Assembly (NCBI GenBank): GCA_951406725.2
Contig: OX597814.1
Coordinates: forward strand, 1,674,001 to 1,738,000
Direction of reading: 5' to 3'
Length of the DNA stretch: 64,000 nt
Source of the DNA: Octopus vulgaris
Taxonomy: Eukaryota
Shown here piece by piece: positions 58,651-64,000 of the stretch (within the stretch, counting starts at the first letter, position 1; every line of letters begins with the position of its first letter). The translations under genes and the position numbers were made by a program. Under the pieces are notes generated by a model. That model saw only the letters and a program-made list of their open reading frames with translations, did no database searches and had not been told where the DNA came from.

Positions 58651-58812
58651 GGCGCAGGAGTGGCTGTGTGGTAAGTAGCTTGTTTACCAACCTCATGGCT
58701 CCGGGTTCAGTCCCACTGCGTGGCACCTTGGGCAAGTGTCTTCTACTATAGCCTCGGGCCGACCAAAGCCTTGTGAGTGGATTTGGTAGACGGAAACTGA
58801 AAGAAGCCCGTC

Positions 58813-58881
<69 letters not shown>

Positions 58882-59085
58882 TGTTTGTGTGTCTGTGTTT
58901 GTCTCCTTAGCATTGCTTGACAACCGATGCTGGTGTGTTTATGTCCCCGTTACCTAGCGGTTCAGCAAAAGAGACCGATAGAATAAGTGCTGGGCTTACA
59001 AAAGAATAAGTCCCGGGGTCGAGTTGCTCGATTAAAGGCGGTGCTCCAGCATGACCGCAGTCAAATGACTGAAACAAGTAAAAGA
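58651..59085 (+). mobile_element. SINE A
   Basis: Full family match. Confidence 0.9.
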
Positions 59086-59253
59086 TATACATATATACAT
59101 GTTTATTTAATAGTATTTGATATTTGATAGTATTTCGATATTTCATGGAAAACCTTTCTCTTTGTCCCTCCCTCCCTCTCTTCTACCTCTCACTCTTCTT
59201 CTATCAATGTATCTCCTTCTCTCTGTCTTTCTCTCCATCTCTCCGTCCGTCTA

Positions 59254-59312
<59 letters not shown>

Positions 59313-59635
59313 CCTTCTATCACCGTCATTTCTAAGATGGTAGTGTCATTGTTATCCTCTAAAGGATTCGTACAAAATTATTTGCCTTAATTTTTGTTTT
59401 CTCTCGTTTACCGTTCGTAAATTGTGGACAGAGAGAAACAGTCAAGTTTTATTCCCTTAAATCGCCTTTTTTCCGATTTAAGCATTCAGGGACGCATTAA
59501 CTACCGCATTCCTACCAACACCTAAACGAGGGGATGGTCACCGTTGTAACGCCTTTCATCATAGACCGGCCCGATCAGTGTGACTGAACGAGAGCAAAGA
59601 AAAGAAAACAACAAAAAGATGAACTACTACTACTA

Positions 59636-59691
<56 letters not shown>

Positions 59692-60520
59692 ACTACTACT
59701 ACTACTACTACTATTACTACTACTACTACAACTGCTGCTGCTGCTGCTGCTAATGCTGTTGCATACATCTAGTGCAGTGGTTAAAGCATTCAATTGCAAA
59801 TTCTCGTTCGTGAGTTCGATCTAAGCTGAAGGTGTCTGCGAATGAGCGGGATGTAAAGAAACAGAAAAGAGTATATAAATAAAAAAAAAAAAGAATCTCG
59901 AAAGATGACGATTTTGAATATTCTGGTGAAATTCGGTTGGACGCTGAAGAAATGATGATACAGAAATATCGGCGTCCCTTATCTTTGATAAGCCATTAAT
60001 CGGGAGAAGTATTAATATTCCATGAAACATAGACGGAAATGATATATGCACGAAGGCAATACTTCATGGTTGAATAAACATGGCGTCACTTGTGATAACA
60101 ATATGGCGTTGTACAGTGGACACACGTGACAACCAGGGGAACCAGGTATGTGTTGGTTATAGTATAAAGTTTACTAGAAACCTCTTCTTATCAAATATAT
60201 CTATTAATTTATGTTACGATATAATTCTTCTTATCAATGGAAAGCAGAAGGGAATTCCTTAATTTCCATACTGATAGTTTGGTTCGTTGTTTATTCCGTT
60301 GTCTTTGGGGTAAATGGAAGAGTTTAAATTCCAGTTTTAAAACTCCTGTCTTCAAGACGATCTCAGTAGAAATGAAACATCAGACTTTTAAACTTGAGAT
60401 GCAAGGGGAAACTTTGCGAGGAGAAAATAAGCAAAACGAAGGTTGAATACATATTAGGAAGTAGTAAATTGCACCAATATATTTAGAGATTAGACTGACT
60501 TATATGAAAGAAAAACTATA

Positions 60521-60752
60521 TATTTCTTTACTGCCACAAAGAGCTAAACATAGAGGGGACAAACAAGATCAGACAAAGGGATTAAGTCGATTACATCGAC
60601 CCAAGTGCGAAACTGGTACTTTATTTATCGACCTCGAAAGGATGAAAGGCAAAGTCGACCTCGGCGGAATATGAACTCAGAACGTAACGATAGACGAAAT
60701 ACCACTAAGCATTTCGCCCGGCGTGCTAACGTTTCTGCCAGCTCGCCGCCCT
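60521..60752 (-). mobile_element. SINE B monomer
   Basis: TSD ATGAAAGAAAAA(C/A)TATA at 60504-60520 and 60754-60770. Confidence 0.9.
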
Positions 60753-60936
60753 AATGAAAGAAAAAATATATTCACATAAAAACATATTTACACAATGGAA
60801 CACAAAGCAAGTTTATTTCTCACGCACAAATATACAAACATGCTCGCTACGTACTTACTCACACACACATACATATATATACACCTATATGTATATATAA
60901 GTATATATAAATCTATATATTTATGTGTATTCAAAA

Positions 60937-61001
<65 letters not shown>

Positions 61002-61181
61002 TTATAATGTAACATATGGTATAATTATAAACAGGGCAAATTTTAGCCATTTCTCCGCAGACTGAGGAAAATGACGAACAACCTTAATCGATTTTCGAAC
61101 CATTTTGGGTTTCTCGTCAGAGGCGTCTACATCATTCTGACAGTCCCAAGAGAAACAAGCAGCCAAACTGTTTATATACTC

Positions 61182-61252
<71 letters not shown>

Positions 61253-61767
61253 ACACACAAATCCAAGGTATACATATAAGATTCCTGTACCTTCTCAGTA
61301 AGTTCCAATAGTACTGAATGACCAATTTTAAATACTATTGAAACTTACAAGGTACTGGAATTTTATATGTATACCATTCTGCCTAAATAATGGAACAGCA
61401 GATGCAATATCCCTGCATATCTCACATCTATTTTCATTCTTCCACTCCACTCTCTATTTCATATCTCATCTAGAATAACTATTGCTTAACCATTTTCTCA
61501 CACCGTCTCCGATGAAGGGGTATATAAAATATCCCGTAAACAGCTGTAAGACCTTCTCTTTATAAATGTTCTGAAATCTTTCACAGCCTTGGATTTTTAT
61601 CTCATTCTGTTAATATTTATCATATATGCACATGCTGATATATGACCTATGTTGGACTCCTCATTCGCATAATCACCGAACCTGGAGCTTAACTATAGTC
61701 TGTCCATAGCATTTACTCAGCATTACCTGACACATTTGGGTCTCCTTGACACCATTACCTCTCATAA

Positions 61768-61843
<76 letters not shown>

Positions 61844-62414
61844 TGTATGTATGTATGTATGTATGTATGTATGTATAACATTTAAAACATTTGATTCCGA
61901 TCCAACCGACTTAAAAATTCGCAGACTCCTTACAAAAATTTGGCTCGATCTGGCTTAGATATATGAAGATAGATTGGTAGCCTGACATGGGCACACACAC
62001 ACACACACACACACAGTCACTGTCGACATGCACTCTACTAAAACGCACAGAGGAGTCCATCAGTTTAATGCAAAGTTGTTTTGATATTTAACTTGAAATA
62101 ACACGATTAATGCGTGTGCGCGTATATGTATATGTGTGTGTGTGTGTGTGCGTGCTTCTGTATGTGCGTTTATGTATATATGCGTGTGTGTGAGTGTGTG
62201 TGCGTGCGTATGCATACGATGAGCTTTCACATAATTTCCAGCGGCCAAATTCCGACTGAAGCAGAATGGTCAACTCCAGGCTATAACTGAAGGCATCAGA
62301 CATAGGATTCTCATCCGAAATTCTTTCAGCGATTATACATATATACATATGATGTGTATATATATGTGTGTGTATGCATATATATGTATATGTAATATGT
62401 GTGAATATATATAT

Positions 62415-62770
62415 ATATATATACGTATATGTGTATATACATATATATATATATTGTATATATAGATGCATATATATATATCTGTATGTATCTATATAAA
62501 TATATATATATATATATACGTATATGTGTATATACGTATATATATATATTGTATATATAGATGCATATATATATCTGTATGTATCTATATAAATATATAT
62601 ATATATATACGTATATGTGTATATACATATATATATTGTATATATAGATGCATATATATATTTGTATGTATCTATATAAATATATATATATATATACGTA
62701 TATGTGTATATACATATATATATTGTATATATAGATGCATATATATATTTGTATGTATCTATATAAATAT
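62415..62770. repeat. ~90-bp AT-rich minisatellite, 4 copies
   Basis: Unit TACGTATATGTGTATATAC..TTGTATATATAGATGCAT..GTATGTATCTATATAAAT. Confidence 0.85.
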
Positions 62771-63778
62771 ATATATAATAATGTATATATATATGTATAT
62801 ACATGTATAGATACATACATATATCTGTATGTATATATATGCATGTATATATATAAATATCTATACATGTATAATTTTTATACATATATACATGCATACA
62901 TACATACGCATATATATAATATATATATATGAGTGCAAACGTACAGGTAATGTAATACATGTAAACGCATGTGCGTCTGTATTTGTATAAAAGTGTTTTT
63001 CTTCTGAACATGAACATTGTAACAAGATTATATAATTAAGTGTGAGGGGAGAGAGTAAGGAAGAAGGGAGTGTGAAAGAGGAGGAAGAGGAGGTGGTGAA
63101 TAAAAACACATCTTAAATATATTGTATATCGCCATCTTTGGTGAAGTGCTGAAAATTGTCATTAAATTGAATTAAATTAAGAAAAAAAAAACAAGACGAT
63201 AGATGTTCCATGTATGTATGCATGTATGTAAATGAATATACACTTTTATATACGAATATATATATATACGTATAAATGTGTATTTTTGTACTTATGTATC
63301 TATATACGTTTGCATATGTATATACATGTGCGTGTGTGTGAGTGTGTGTGCGTTTATATGTGCATATGTATACACACTTGCATGTATGTATGTATGTATG
63401 TATGTATGTATGTATGTATACATGCATGTTTACATGTATGCGTGTGTATATATATATATATATATGCATGTATCAACGTTTCGAATATGCGTGCTTGTGT
63501 ATACGTAGTTTTATATATATATTTCTTTACGTTTATTTATTTTCTCCCTTTTTTTTTTTGCCAAGACAAATTCCTTTTTAATTTGGCAAGTGATTCCGTG
63601 AAAGTGGAAGAAAGGAGATAAAATGAATGATGAATATATATGTACATCACTAAAGAGACAGATAAATAAACATGTAAGGAATCAAATACATCTATATAAA
63701 AAAAAAAAACATGTATATATATTTAAAAAAATAATTTATGTATGTATGTATGTATATAACAACCCCACTATTTATTGA

Positions 63779-63821
<43 letters not shown>

Positions 63822-63833
63822 GTAGATAGATAG

Positions 63834-63882
<49 letters not shown>

Positions 63883-64000
63883 TAGATAGATAGATATAAC
63901 TATAGATGTATATATATATGTATATATATATATAAAATTTTATATATATATATAACAGTATATGTATATAGATAGATAGACTGATAGAAATATATATATA

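Overview
Eukaryotic, very AT-rich, repeat-saturated non-coding DNA with no credible host protein-coding exon. The tRNA-derived SINE families and dense (TA)n/(CA)n/(CATA)n/(AAT)n microsatellites suggest a cephalopod, probably Octopus (inference). Almost all long ORFs in the track are microsatellite translations. Real content: four to five tRNA-SINE families, several with target-site duplications (TSDs); decayed Tc1/mariner transposases; two Helitron-like elements; CR1-type LINE 3' ends; Penelope-like (PLE) GIY-YIG remnants; several foldback hairpins; an old inverted duplication at 1-2.6 kb; and a near-identical ~3.57 kb tandem duplication. The most notable signal is a dispersed set of type I hammerhead ribozyme (HHR) motifs. 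Four have an intact core and largely intact stems, a fifth has an intact core but no stem I, and about six more are decayed. They sit in PLE-like elements, and the one lacking stem I is fused to a tRNA/Pol III head. One SINE family also forms multimers that always restart at the same internal point. All alignments and folds were done by eye.
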